Made by a program: the position numbers and the translations under genes. Positions 23,201 to 47,097 of a stretch of 64,000 nt of DNA are shown here, piece after piece; position 1 is the first letter of the stretch, and every line of letters starts with the position of its first letter. Origin of the DNA: the human T2T-CHM13v2.0 reference genome, Homo sapiens. The notes beneath the pieces were generated by a model, which was given only the letters and a program-made list of their open reading frames with translations, was not told the origin of the DNA and searched no databases. Location: assembly GCF_009914755.1 (NCBI RefSeq), contig NC_060927.1; one strand, written 5' to 3'.

Positions 23201-24687
23201 TCAGCCTTGTTGTTATTTTTGTGCATTCCCGATGTCTCCCCAACTCCTCCCACCCTGGGGAAGTCAGTGATCACCCCTTTGTTCCTGTTTGTCTGGGGAT
23301 TGGGGCGTCTGCCCCTGGGGGAATTGGGGCTGGTGGTGGCAGTGATGGCAGTGGTGTTTCAATAGTTCTGCCCTAGCTGGGTGGGAGACAGTGAAACCAG
23401 TCCCAGGTTTGACTGTTGTTGGCTGTTTTACTTGACACAAGTCATTTCACTTATCTGAGCCTCAATATACTCAAAAATAAAATGCAGATAAACCTATGAA
23501 CTACCAGAGATTGTTGTGAAAATTAAATAAATATGCACGGTGCCATACCAGTGTGGTGCTATGCAAATTTAGGTCCTATTATTTTAGTTCAAAAGCTTGG
23601 GTTTGAAAAGTGAGGTCCCAGGGTAACAATTGGTTTTGTTTAGAGAGGCACAGTTGACCAGTTCAAAGAAATGTTGCTGGAGATGTTTTGTCCCAGCCCT
23701 ACCTGGGACATCTGTTGTGACATCCCCTGTGTCATGCTTTATGTCATGCTCTGTGTGACATCAAGCGAGTCAGCAGCCCTTCCTGGGACTTCAGTGCCCC
23801 AGTTTTTGTCATTCTCAAACATGAGTCTATCCCAAACCACCAGAGAATGAGGGACTTGAATGCAGGGCTATAGCATCAGGTTTTATCTGGGAGGCAATGG
23901 GGAGACAGAAAGATTCAGGCTAAGGAGTGTGGACATTATCTAGGCAATGGGGAGCCCCATAAAGGCTTCAAGCAGGGAAGTGACGAGGCCAGATGTATAC
24001 TTTGGTAAGAAGTAGCCTGGCAAGGGTGTGGAGGCTGCCTGAGCTGGCGGCAGGGCCCAGCCAGAAGGGATAAGATCAGGGCCCAGTGGAGGAGGGGAGA
24101 GGAAGCTGTTTCACAGAGCAGCTCTGAGAAGCTGGCTGGAAGCTGAGGTTGACACACCCTCGAAGCACCTTTGGGGTTTCCCAAGTTGATGTAAAAAGGA
24201 AATGATTACCCTCGAGAAGGCAGGGGAGTTCTTCGGCCAGTCCTGCGTGCCTTTGGCATGTGATCTTAGCAAGTCATTTAACCTGCTCAGGCCTCAGTTT
24301 CCTCATCTCTGAACAGGGATGAGAAGCAGAGATGTTGTGAGGATTCATGTCTGTGCAGCTGGGCCTGGGCCTGGTACAGCCCGTCCTCAGTGGCCATGGC
24401 TGCTGTTTTAGGATTCTCATCCATCAAGTGGGAAGGATGCGTTTGTCTCCACTGCGTGAAAGGGAGGTTGTAGGACAGCCAGAACTTTGATCCCTAGGGG
24501 CTGGAGTGGGAGCTTAGAGGGATGGTGTCTTTGACCCGCTCACGTGTTCAGGGAAATGTGCAGTCTACAGCGCCCATTCCCATCTCTACTCTCCTTTCCC
24601 ACATGACACCCCAGCGGGAGGCAAACGGACGCCATTATCACCTCCGTTTTATAGGTGAGGGAAGGGAGACCGAGAGGAGGAAGGTGA

Positions 24688-25419
<732 letters not shown>

Positions 25420-25520
25420 GTATTTTAAATTTAACTTTTTTACTTAAAGCACTTTTATTTAAAGAAATGAAGATATATCTATAAGGACATTCAGCTTAGC
25501 ATATAAGAGCAAAAAATTGA

Positions 25521-25815
<295 letters not shown>

Positions 25816-27245
25816 AAATCTGGCAACAACAATGGGGGATAATAAAATTAATGTCAGACAGTCACAACAAAGTACTATCAACAGTGATGTAGACGTGCAT
25901 ATGTACATGGAAACATACTGACAATATCGGGAGGTAGAAAAGTAGAAAAAATCAGGTAACAAAATGTATATAACATCTGTTACCATTTTTGTGAGCAGAA
26001 AAGAAATAGCTCGGTAATTGGAGGCTTTCTAGTGCCAGACACTATTCCAAGTACTGTACTTCAAAGATATTGACTCATTTAATCTTCAACTAACTATGAA
26101 TTAGGTATTGTGATTATGCCCATTTCATGGATGAGAAAACTAAAGCACAGCGAGGTTAACCAACCTGGCTGAGGTCATGTACTGCCGGGTCCCTGTTTTC
26201 ACCAGTGGTCTCCCGTGTCCCCAGCACAGGTTGGCCCTGCGTGCAGGCTCTGGACCGGATGTCTGACCATTTCTCTGTCCATTCTCCATAGGCCCCGGCC
26301 CTCGCAGCCATGCAGTGGGGAATTGAGGGGTGCTTCCTGCCCACCACTTTCCTCCCCTCCATCAGTCACAGTCTGCTGAAGCCCAGAGAGGGAGAGCAGC
26401 TTGCTTAAGGTCACACAAATAGGAAGTAATGTCTGAGCTGTGTGATTTGAACACTCACATCCCTAAGCATCATACTCACTGCTATCCCAAATCCTTTCGG
26501 ACCACTTCAGATTTGTCTCCGTCACCTGTGCCCAGGCAAGGGCTCAGGGACAGTTTCCAAATGACAGAATGGCTCAGCCAGCAGATGACCTCCCTAGGGG
26601 AGCTGCTGCTCAGCCCAATCTCCATTCTCACCGCCTCACCCCTGGAGCCCTGCCTCACCTCCTGTCTCCTGCGGCCTCCTGAGTGGTGAGCCAGAGACCC
26701 CAAATCCATGTAATCTCAGTTCACTGTTGCCGTTTCTGAAGCCAGGGGCGGCATCAGCTGAAAGGAACATGTTTTGTGGGCTTTTGTATTAGACAGACTC
26801 ATATTTGAATCCTAGTGCTGCTGTTTTGTAGAATGACTTAGCGTTTGTACCTCAGTTTACTCATTTGTAAAATGAGGAGAATAATAGACCCTATTTCATC
26901 ACGTTGTGGTAAGAAATCCTGCACCTGAGTGTTGCACCATGGAGGTGCTCATTAAATGTTATCTGATATTATGAACATTCCAGACACTCCAGATAGGTTG
27001 AATCTAGAAAGTTAATTCTAGGCCAAGGAGTCTGGATTATTTCCTGTAGCTAAATATATATATTTTTAAGTGTAGACTTTTGATCAGCAATGAAAGATAA
27101 GGGGAAATGGTCCTGACCAAAGGGAAAATTATAACAAAATAGGGAAATTGTAGGGGCGTGCTGGTCAGGATGGAAGAGGTAATAGGCATAGCAGTTCCTT
27201 CTGGTATTCTTTATCTAGGTTACTGTAAAGATAAACATCACAGCC

Positions 27246-28828
<1,583 letters not shown>

Positions 28829-29469
28829 GAGGAGGAAAATATGTGAGCAGAGGAGCCATGGATAGGCTATGAGCACCTCGGCAAAGCAGTCTCGAAGCTA
28901 GAATTCAGATGAAAGGGTTTTGAGCAGCTGAAATAACTGTTACAAAGCCTTAGCTGTAGGAGAGGCCACTGGGCTATCAGTCAGAATCTGTTTACTTACT
29001 CTACACATAGTTTCACCAGCCTTGGTAAAATACCAAGTACTGCATGTGTCACAGCCTGACCTTTGTGCTCTATAAACATCAGCTCTTTTTACCTGGACAA
29101 GAAACAGACCATTATTGCTCTTTTTACATTTGAGAAAGCTCAGATAAGTGAGGCACAGCTCATCTGAGGTCAGATCTTGAGTAGTGCTGGAGCCAGCGCT
29201 TGAGCCAAATTCTGTTTGATACTAATAAAGGAGATGGGGCAGCTGGGGGTAGACCCGCTGCCAGCATCAGGGCAGGACATAGAAGACCCCATGTCAGATA
29301 CAGTGCCGCTGCTTCTGCAATTCTTGTACCTGCAATGACACAGCTCGGCAGGACCAGAGGTGGTGCATTTTGCTTGAGAAAGCAGGCATATTAGCCTCAG
29401 TAGAATAGCAACAAAAAGGCCAAGGCAGTCGGATCACCTCAGGTCAGGAGTTCGAGACCAGCCTGGTCA

Positions 29470-29868
<399 letters not shown>

Positions 29869-30351
29869 CTACTCTCCTGCCCCATCTCCCTCCCCTCCCT
29901 TAGCCATTATTTTAAAACATTTTTATATGAAAAAATTACAAACATACAAAAGCCAAGAGCATAATGACCCTCCATGTCCCCATCAGCTGGCTTCAGTAAT
30001 GATCCACCCATGGCCAACTTCTGATTAGTTTGTATGGAATCCAGGGAGATTTTCATATCCTTGATAGCTGGAGAATTCCTTCTCATTCTCCTCTCTCTGC
30101 CCTTGGACATACAGTGGGGGCCTTTAAAGATTATGGTTGTGAGTTTCTCCTACCACAGATAACTACCCTAGGCACGAGGAGCCAATCCGATTAGACCCCA
30201 GAGGAGGGGAGGGCTGGGTAGGGAGAGATGGAGAGTAATGGCTGGTGGGTCCTGTCTGATTTTCCAGACCAGAGTCCATTTCTTTTCCCCAAGACCACAG
30301 GGATAAATAAACCCAACTAATAGCCCTCATGTGTCGCAGGAGCAGGCCTCA

Positions 30352-30361
30352 GGGATTCCCC
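30352..30361. promoter_or_regulatory. Consensus NF-kB site
   Basis: GGGATTCCCC in unique sequence; AP-1 TGACTCA at 30717-30723. Confidence 0.35.
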
Positions 30362-31433
30362 CAAACTGAGAGGCCTGGGGGAGCCTCCTGAGCAAACCCC
30401 AGGCATTAAGTCAGATAGGAAACTCATGACTTGTGTGAGGCAAGCTCTGACCTCAGATTTACTGGGCACAGAAGGACCCTGTGTGCAGAGACAGCCCTGC
30501 CCTGTGGCCAGGCCTGGCAGCAGGATGGAACTCAAGTTAGTCTGGAGCAGCGGTTCCCAGTGTGGGGCCCACACCTGCAGTGGTACACAGAACCTGGGTG
30601 TTAGCACAAATATAGATCATGTGTAGAAGAACTAGGGACTTCATGGATATTACTGTTTAACACAAGGCTGAATACATAACACTGGAATTAAAGTTGGTTG
30701 AAAGAAAACCGTCAGGTGACTCATAGTGAGGTGGCACAGACATGGCCAAAAACTTGGAGACCGGATGAACATAACTGCAGTCTGAGGGATGCGGGCCAAG
30801 GGTACTGAGCTGAGGCCAAGAGAAGGCAGGGCAAGGGTGGAAGTGGCCATCACAGAGCAGCCTTTCTGCAGGACGGGGGCCCTGTGCTGGCCAGCACAGG
30901 CCTCCATTAGTCCAGGTCCTTGGTGAGAGGCAGATACCAAGACAGGATAGGATTTCATCAACAAGATAGGATTTCATTAGGACAAATACTTGCAAGAAAA
31001 TGCAGAGGGAGCTGGGCAAGGCTGGGAGAGCCTCGGGACCATGGTGCGCCATTTCCGAGGAAGGCTGGGTGGGCACTTGCTGGCCTGCCTTCGGTCTAAG
31101 GCAGACTCTCCAGGGTGTCCGTTGGCCATCACAGTCCTATCTGCCTAGTGTACCCTCTGCACACAGTGCCTGGGGAACAGCCCCTGGGAAGCATGGTCCG
31201 GATGCAGATGCAGGGATTGATTGGAGCCAGCCACAGCCAGGCCCGCAGATAGCCAGGCTCCCAGCAGCTGGGGGTCTCCAGCTCGCATTCTCCTGGCTGC
31301 TAGATTCACACAGCAGCAGGGCAAAGATCCCAGGAATGAGGCTGAGGGCAGCCCCTTGACAGGCTCCAGACCTTGTCTCAGGTGATTTCATGTTATCAGC
31401 TATCTGTGTGGGTTAATTGTTTAGCCAGGCTGA

Positions 31434-31940
<507 letters not shown>

Positions 31941-32366
31941 TAGAGATGGGGTTTTACCATGTTGGCCAGGCTGGTCTTAAACTCTTTTTGTTTGTTTTTT
32001 TGTTTGTTTGTTTTGAAGTGGAGTCTCACTCTGTCACCCAGGCTGGAGTGCAGTGGCACAATCTTGGCTCATGGTCTTAAACTCTTAACCTCAGGTGATC
32101 CACCTGCCTCGGCCTCCCAAAGTGCTGGGATTACAAGCCTGAGCCACTGTGCCCAGGCCAAAATAAATTTTTTAATAGCCAAAGTTCCAGATGAGTCATT
32201 CCTTTCCTGATGTTGTAAGCCACAAATACCTGAAGCAGGTAGATTTATCCAGTAATCTTGGGGTCAAGTCCAGTTTCCTTTGGAAGGGTCAGGTCCCCAG
32301 TTACTCAGAAGCTGTCCTTGCCATGGGGCTTCCTAGGTATTTCCAGATGATGATGTTTGAAGCCTC

Positions 32367-33122
<756 letters not shown>

Positions 33123-33219
33123 TCATTTCACCATCTGCAAAGAGGCAATGAAAATGGTGCAGTGGTACCTTATTTCCTGATTGGCATGAGGATTAGATGA
33201 GTTAACGCACGGGAAGGAT

Positions 33220-33800
<581 letters not shown>

Positions 33801-34495
33801 GTATTTAGAACAGTGCCTGGCATGATGTTTGCTAACTCATGTACCTAGATGTTAACTTACTCCAGCCCCGGGCCCTTCTACTGCCCCACCTCTGCATGGG
33901 CTGGTTCCACTGCCCCATATCTGCTTGTTGAAAACGTTTCTCCATATTTCAAGCCCAGGTCAGGTGCCACTTCCTCTGTGAACCCTCCTCATCTCCCAGC
34001 CTGTTATGGTCTCTCCTGCCTCTGACCTCGCTCTCCCGTGGGATGTATCCTCGGAGGATAGTTACTGCATCCCTGCCCTGGTGGAGGTTTCTGGAAGGCA
34101 GGCTTGGTAGCTAGTTCACCTCTGTGTCTTTTTCTGCTCTTTGAGTAGGAGGTGAGATAGTGCAGGGCCTAGAAGTCAAACAGATTTCCGTCTGAATTTC
34201 GGCTCTACCATCTACTGGCTGGGTGGTCCTGAGCACTGCGTCTACCTCCGGTGTCTCCGTGTCTCCACTTGCCAACTGGGATGATAAACAGGCCCCAGGT
34301 TGTAGGGGAGTCAGAGGCTTATCCTGAGGTGATGCTTGAGGAGTGTGTTGGTTGGCACATGGTGGGTGTCAGGAATTGGCAGCAACAAGTGTTTGGGGAG
34401 TGAACAGGAGACTGGCATGGTCTGAGGACTAGACCAGGATCCCTCCTGTCTTCCTCCCCGAGGCTGCATCCTGACCCATAGTCCCTCCTTTCCAG

Positions 34496-34599
34496 GGTCC
34501 TCTCCAGCCAGAGCCCACCAGCCGGCCTTTCTCCAGCCTCCTGAAGAAGATGCCCCTCATTCCTTGAGAAGCGACCTCCCCACTTCGTCTGATTCAAAG
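34496..34599 (+). CDS. IRAK2: IRAK2 exon 4, 104 bp
   Basis: Boundaries tttccag|GGTCC ... AAG|gtaaat; encodes (G)SSPARAHQPAFLQPPEEDAPHSLRSDLPTSSDSK; phase fits exons 3 and 5. Confidence 0.95.
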
Positions 34600-34803
34600 G
34601 TAAATCCACCCCTCGGCTGCAGCCCCCAAGCCATGTCTCCCAGCGTGTAGTTCCCTCTCAAAAATGCAATTTCTCTACCCCTTGAGACCAGTTTAAGGGT
34701 GGAGAGGAGAAAGGAAATTGCCATCAAATTACCCCAAGCTTCTAAGACTGTAAGTAGAGGAGGTCAATAATAGCGGGGAGAGGGAGGGAGGGCACTTCAG
34801 TGA

Positions 34804-37024
<2,221 letters not shown>

Positions 37025-37097
37025 TTATTAAAAACGGAAGCAGAACTTCTTTTTATAGGCTTATATACACATGCAGTCTCTGGAATTCTGTTTAAAG

Positions 37098-37318
37098 CAA
37101 GCTTGTCTTACTTGCCCATGGTTGTGTGCAGCCCAGGATGGCTTTGAATGTGGCCCAACACAAATTTGTAAAGTTTCTTAAAACATTATGAGTTTTTTTT
37201 GCAATTTTTTTTTTAAAGCTCATCAGCTATCATTAGTATTAGTGTATTTTATGTGTGGCCCAAGACAATTCTTCTTCTTCCAGTGTGGTCCAGGGAAGTC
37301 AAAAATTGGACACCCCTG
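37098..37318 (-). mobile_element. MER30 (hAT-Charlie MITE)
   Basis: Reverse complement begins CAGGGGTGTCCAAT...TTGTCTTGGGCCACACATAAAATACACTAA and ends GACAAGCTTG. Confidence 0.85.
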
Positions 37319-37597
37319 GTTTGGTTATATGAACCTGTATCCTACTTCCCAGGAGTCTGGAACCCCAGTATCTATGCTGTGGATTAGACCAAGAGCGCTG
37401 AGCTCGGCCACTGACCAGCTGTGGGACCTCACTTCAGCTGTTTTATTTCCTCAGTGCTTACTTCTGTAAACTGAAATAAAGGAAACATCAACCATGTGCC
37501 AGGAATACTCACATCTTAGTCTTCAAAATTACTCTTCGGGGTACTATTGTTACCTTCATTTTTGCTGATGGAAAAAATTGAGGCTCAGAGAGGTTAA

Positions 37598-37909
<312 letters not shown>

Positions 37910-38111
37910 TGATCCGCCCGCCTCGGCCTCCCAAAGTGCTGGGATTACAGGCGTGAGCCACCGTGCCCGGCCTATCCATGTCCTTTTTACAGTTTCCATT
38001 GGATAAGTTGATCCCCTACATCCCTCCATCTCTGGTGTTCCAAGGTCCCTTGAGGTAGCAGAGAAAACGAGATTCCATAGTAATCTCCATCTCTTCTCTC
38101 TGGGTCTCCAG

Positions 38112-38306
38112 GACTTCAGCACCTCCATTCCTAAGCAGGAAAAACTTTTGAGCTTGGCTGGAGACAGCCTTTTCTGGAGTGAGGCAGACGTGGTCCAGGC
38201 AACCGATGACTTCAATCAAAACCGCAAAATCAGCCAGGGGACCTTTGCTGACGTCTACAGAGGGCACAGGCACGGGAAGCCATTCGTCTTCAAGAAGCTC
38301 AGAGAG
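38112..38306 (+). CDS. IRAK2: IRAK2 exon 5 (start of kinase-like domain), 195 bp
   Basis: Boundaries tctccag|GACTTC ... GAG|gtgagc; encodes DFSTSIPKQEKLLSLAGDSLFWSEADVVQATDDFNQNRKISQGTFADVYRGHRHGKPFVFKKLRE (degenerate Gly loop, beta-3 Lys237). Confidence 0.97.
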
Positions 38307-38388
38307 GTGAGCACTTCTTGGTTTCTAGTGGGGGTGGAGGCTGCAGGGGTGGGGCGGGATCTTCATGTTCTGATGTCTTTCTCTACAG

Positions 38389-38453
38389 ACAGCCTGTTCA
38401 AGTCCAGGATCAATCGAAAGATTCTTCCAGGCAGAGTTGCAGATTTGTCTTAG
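38389..38453 (+). CDS. IRAK2: IRAK2 exon 6, 65 bp
   Basis: Boundaries ctctacag|ACAGCC ... TTAG|gtaagc; encodes TACSSPGSIERFFQAELQICL(R) (alphaC region). Confidence 0.95.
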
Positions 38454-38479
38454 GTAAGCCTCCCCTTTGTTTAGTAATA

Positions 38480-38720
38480 ATGATAGCTAACCTTTATATA
38501 GTGCTTCCTGTGTGCCCAGTCATGTTTTAAGCACTCTATTATATATAAACTCATTTAGTCCTTACAAGAACCCTATAAATGTAGCTACTATTATCACATT
38601 ATTTTACAGATGGGTAAATTGAGGCACAGAGGGGTTAAATGTCTCATCCAAGGTCACACAGCTAATGAGTGGCAGAGCCAGGATTTGGATCTACCTGGTT
38701 TGGCTCCAGAGTCCATTCTT
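38480..38720. mobile_element. MIR (others at ~14940-15050, 26020-26190, 37500-37650, 43600-43820, 50450-50570, 53170-53290)
   Basis: MIR core attttacagatg..aaattgaggcacagagg..ttaa..ccaaggtcacacagcta. Confidence 0.8.
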
Positions 38721-38804
38721 CTCCTGTGTAGCAATTCTATGTGTAGATTAGAATTATAAAGGAAACTTGGCTTACTCCAACTCCTTCCTTCCACATGGGA
38801 ATAA

Positions 38805-40597
<1,793 letters not shown>

Positions 40598-40654
40598 TGA
40601 TATGTTTTCTTTAATGCTTTCTCTATTCATACATGTATATGAATACTCACATGT

Positions 40655-40656
<2 letters not shown>

Positions 40657-40691
<35 letters not shown>

Positions 40692-40705
40692 TACACACAC
40701 ACACA
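40657..40705. repeat. (CA)n microsatellite
   Basis: Visible dinucleotide run. Confidence 0.95.
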
Positions 40706-41848
40706 TACATCTAATAAAAACTGGAAGTATGATTCCCTTTCCACTTTGGCTTAGTGCTTTCATGGAGTCGGCAGTCACTCCTTCATTCATTGATTCAGAA
40801 AATGTGGGTAGTTAAGCCCTTTTCTAGGCTCTAGGGAGTGTACGCCAGAAGCATACAGAGCCCCTGCCTTGGGGAGGTTTATGGTCCAGTGGGGAGACTG
40901 ACATGTAAATAACTCTAATAAGTATGCAAAAGCGAGTAATAGGATGGCTTGCGGGAAGCAGAGGAGGGCGGAGAGATAAGGCAGGAGGCCATTTACAGCA
41001 GTCTTGGGGAGGCTGAATCAGAGCCTGACCCAATCCAAGTGACCCAAGGCAGAGGAGAGGGGAATGAAGGGACATTTTAAAAGTTATTTGTGGCAGTGAA
41101 TGGTGACTGATTTGATACGGGAGATAAGAAGGTTTCTAGGAAACTGGGTGGGTGGTGATGTGCCTTTCTGGGATAATAAATATGGGTGAAGAAGCAGGTT
41201 TGGGACTTGTTGAGGCTAGGATGATGTTGACCTGAGCATCAGGATGCAAATTGACATTCAGGTCTGGAGCTTAGGATGGGGCTGGAGATAAGAGATTTGG
41301 GAATATTCCTTATAGCAATGGGAGGTTCCTGGAGGAGCAACATACAAAACAAGATGAGGAGTCCAGCTGGCAGAAAGAGGAAGGCAAAGGAGGAGGGTCT
41401 TAGTGAAAAGGGCCAGGAAAGAGTGGTCAGAGAGGTAGGAGGAAAGTCAGGAGGGAATGGTGACTGAGAACCAGCAGAAGAGGATTTCAGGAAAGAACCC
41501 CAGTCCTAGAGTCAGGCAGGTGTGGGATCTGGTCCTGGCTTTACTGCTTTCTAGTTTGTGACCTTGGGCAAGTCCCTTAACCTCTCAGTCTCCGTTTCTG
41601 GAGATGGGGCAGTTGAGATGTCATGTGTTGCAGAGCAGTAAAGCAGGATGAGGACCACCATACTCGTTGAAGGCAGACAGTTTTCATCTTTCCACCCTGG
41701 GGCCAGGCCCTTAGGGGTCAGAGCATGTGGTACCTGGGAGGTTACTGGTGGCGTTGGAGGAGGAGAGGGCAGAAGAGGGGTGGGACATGAGGAAGTAGAT
41801 CATTCTTTCCGTCTGACTCCTCACACCTGCACTGACGCCCGATTCCAG

Positions 41849-41963
41849 ATGCTGCCACCCCAATGTCTTACCTGTGCTGGGCTTCTGTGCTGCAAGACAG
41901 TTTCACAGCTTCATCTACCCCTACATGGCAAATGGTTCCCTACAGGACAGACTGCAGGGTCAG
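41849..41963 (+). CDS. IRAK2: IRAK2 exon 7, 115 bp
   Basis: Boundaries ttccag|ATGCTG ... CAG|gtaagg; encodes CCHPNVLPVLGFCAARQFHSFIYPYMANGSLQDRLQGQ. Confidence 0.96.
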
Positions 41964-42126
41964 GTAAGGGACTGGGTCATGGTCAGAGAATGCGACCAGG
42001 CTGCACCCAGCCATGGGGTCAAGGGTTAAGGACTTACAGAAGTTCAGAGGGGAGAGGGGCCATCTAGGTGAGACCAGGGAGACTTCAAGGAGAGAAGTGG
42101 GGCCAGGATACATAAGATCTGGTTAA

Positions 42127-42204
42127 GTGCTCACTTTGGCAGCACATATACCAAAATTGGAACGATACAGAGAAGATCAGCATGGCCTCTGAATGAGGAT
42201 GACA
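42127..42204 (+). pseudogene. U6 snRNA retropseudogene, 3'-truncated, with A-rich tail and TSD
   Basis: GTGCTCACTTTGGCAGCACATATACCAAAATTGGAACGATACAGAGAAGATCAGCATGGCC...GGATGACA matches U6 nt 1 to about 78, including the ACAGAGA box. TSD aagatctg(g/a)ttaa at 42114-42126 and 42235-42247. Confidence 0.93.
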
Positions 42205-42249
42205 AAATATGAAAAAGAAAAAGAAAAGCTCAAAAAGATCTGATTAAAC

Positions 42250-42600
42250 ATCTTCAGGAAAAATCTATAAAAAATTATTTGACGAGAAGCATTTCATTCA
42301 AATCAAGAGCAGGACAAAGGTATCTCATAGAACTAACTTCGTTCGTCATGGTTCTGGAGGTGTTAGCCAATGCGGTAGGACAAGAAAAAGAATTAAGAGG
42401 TAAAGAGTATGGAAAAGTGGAGGTGAATTTTTATTATAAAATGTTCTTCTAATATATACCTATTTGCTTGTGTGTTTATGGAATGTCTCTGGAAAGATAC
42501 ACAAGAAACTGGTTTACTGGCTGCTGCTAGGGAGCAGAACTAGGTGATTGGGGCCTAGGATAAGAAGCAAACTTACTATTAGAGTATTATATCATGTGAA
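42250..42600 (+). mobile_element. Ancient L1 (L1M-type) fragments: ORF2 reverse-transcriptase remnant plus 3' end-like sequence
   Basis: 42351-42425 translates to VLEVLANAVGQEKELRGKEYGKVEV, versus L1 ORF2 [25 protein letters not shown]. Confidence 0.75.
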
Positions 42601-43013
42601 GGTAATCCTTAATAAAAATTACAGTGTTTTAAAACAGGTCTTCTGCTTATCTTATCCTCAAATAGAGGGGAAAGAGTTATTCCATAACAGAATTATTGCT
42701 TCCCATGGCAGGGACAAGACAAAGCAGTTACTCACGGCATACTAATGATCTTTAGCTTTTCTGGGCACTCACTGTATGCAGGTTGCTGTGATAAGGGTTT
42801 TACGTAGGTCATCACCTCCAGGCCGTGCCACAACCAAAGCAATTTCTTCCCTCATTTTTCAAAAGAGGAATCTCTGACACATAGAGACAAAGTGACTTGC
42901 CCAAAGGAACATAGAGGACAAATGTCAGGCCAGAGCTTACATTGGGTTCGTCTGGCTCTAGGTTTCAGAGTTTTTGAGAAGAAATTAGCAGGGGCTGTCC
43001 AGGCCAGTTCTTA

Positions 43014-43376
<363 letters not shown>

Positions 43377-44174
43377 TTAGCCTGGGAGAGTCAGTCTTAG
43401 AACAACAGTGGGAGCAAATGAGAGGCTTTAGCCCATCCCACAATCCCCATCAGCCCTGGTGAAGTTTCCCCTAATACAGATAAAATCAGCGTAAGGCCCA
43501 GGTGCTTGGCTTGCAAACACAAGCTCCCTAGCTCCTCTCCCATCCAGCTTCTTTTAGAGAGAAATTCCAGAGCAGCCTCTGTAATGGACATGATAAAAAT
43601 AACTGCTGATTGAGCACCTACTGTGTGGCAGGTGCTATGCTAGGGGTATACCATATACTCCCTTGAATCCTTACAGCAACCCTAAAATATAGGGATTAAC
43701 ATTTCCATTTTATACCCAAGGAAACTGAGGCTCAGAGATGTTAAGTGTCTTTTTCCAAAATTATACAGCTAATGCATGTCTGAACTGGGAGTTACACCTA
43801 GATCTGTCTGATGTCAAAACCCATAGTACAGGGTCAGGCACATGGCTCATGCCTGTAATTCCAGCACTTTGGGAGAGCGAGGTGGACGGATCGCTTGAGC
43901 CCAGGAGTTCGAGACCAGCCTGGCCAACATGGCAAAACCCTGTCTCCACGAAAAATACAAAAATTAGTTGAGAGTGGTGGCACGTGCCTGTGATCCCAGC
44001 TATTCGGGAGTCTGAGGCGGGAGAGTCACTTCAGCCTGGGATTTTAAGGCTACAGTGAGCTATGATGCTGCACTCCAGTCTGGGTGACAGAGCAAGACCT
44101 GTCTCAAAACCAGCAAACACAAAACAATGAAAAAACTCACAGTATCATGCTGAGCCCTGTGACAGAGGACATGA

Positions 44175-44435
<261 letters not shown>

Positions 44436-44591
44436 TAGCCAGGATGGTCTCGATCTCCTGAACTCGTGATCTGCCCGCCTGGGCCTCCCAGTGTGCTGGG
44501 ATTACAGGTGTGAGCCACCGCGTCTGGCTGCCATCAGGACTTTAAAAAGGTACATTGTGACTATTTGTCCTCCTGCTTTTCTTTCTCTTAG

Positions 44592-44701
44592 GGTGGCTCG
44601 GACCCCCTCCCCTGGCCCCAGCGTGTCAGCATCTGCTCAGGGCTGCTCTGTGCCGTCGAGTACCTGCATGGTCTGGAGATCATCCACAGCAACGTCAAGA
44701 G
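44592..44701 (+). CDS. IRAK2: IRAK2 exon 8 (catalytic loop HSN), 110 bp
   Basis: Boundaries ctcttag|GGTGGC ... AAGAG|gtgaga; encodes GGSDPLPWPQRVSICSGLLCAVEYLHGLEIIHSNVK(S). Confidence 0.97.
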
Positions 44702-45225
44702 GTGAGAGAGGTGGGCTGGACCCTGCTGGGGCCTGGGCTGCAAGGGTGGAACTGGTGCCTATTCCTGGCTCACCTCCCGCTCCGCCACTCACCCCTGTCC
44801 TCTTTGTTTTTCTCTTCCTACCTCCTCTCCTCTGCCCTCCCCTGGATGTCTTTTTCTCTGTTATGCCCTCAAAAATGAGTGTTTCCGGGCTGTGCTCCAA
44901 GTCCAATTGCTCTCAGCATGAATTGCCTACCTGTCACATTTGTCTTTCTGAGCTGCTGTTTTCCCAACAAGCCCTCCACACCTTGCTGCGTCGCACTGTC
45001 CACTCAGCAGCTGGCCTGGACCTCATCCTCGAACTTTGGGCCATGTCTGCCAACCCCCTGGGATTTTGAGCTCCTCGTTCAGTGTCTTTTCTGAGACCTG
45101 TCCCCTTCTTGTGTAGCTGTTGGTGTTAGCATCTTGTCTGGAAGGCTCCTGCAGGTTAGGCCTGCACCCCTGCATGTCAGTGCCATGCACATGAGAGGGA
45201 GAGGTCCCCACCTGGAGACGGTTAG

Positions 45226-45540
<315 letters not shown>

Positions 45541-46022
45541 TAGGCTTTCACCATGTTGGCCAGGCTAGTGTCGAACTCCTGACCTCAGGTGATCCACCCG
45601 CCTTGGTCTCCTATAGTGCTGGGATTACAGGTGAGAGCCACCACCCCGGCTCTCTCCCCTAATTTTTATTTGATTGCATCAATAATTCTAATAGCAGGCA
45701 AGGAAATGAAAGGGTGAGAGAGGTCACCACTAACCTACCCCATGACTCATCAGCTGGCCTCTAGGTTTTGTTTCTTTTTTCACTTCCTGCCTATACAAAT
45801 CCTTAGTCCTGAGGTAGCACCTGGGTACCAATTCACATCCTGTTTTTTACCCCTTCATTTAAACATAGTAAACATTTCGCTACATTGTATACCGTCATGT
45901 TTTTTAGTGTCTTAGTCTTCCCGTGAAGGAATTTGCCCATAATTTACTTAACCACTCCTGGCACACACACCCGTGCATTTGCGGGCGTGCACACACACAC
46001 ACGCTAAAAAAGTTTTTTTTTT

Positions 46023-47097
<1,075 letters not shown>

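Noticed and set aside
42127-42430. U6-L1 chimeric retrogene or functional U6 gene
   Set aside because: The TSD closes before the L1 sequence; the copy lacks the U6 3' end and has several substitutions.
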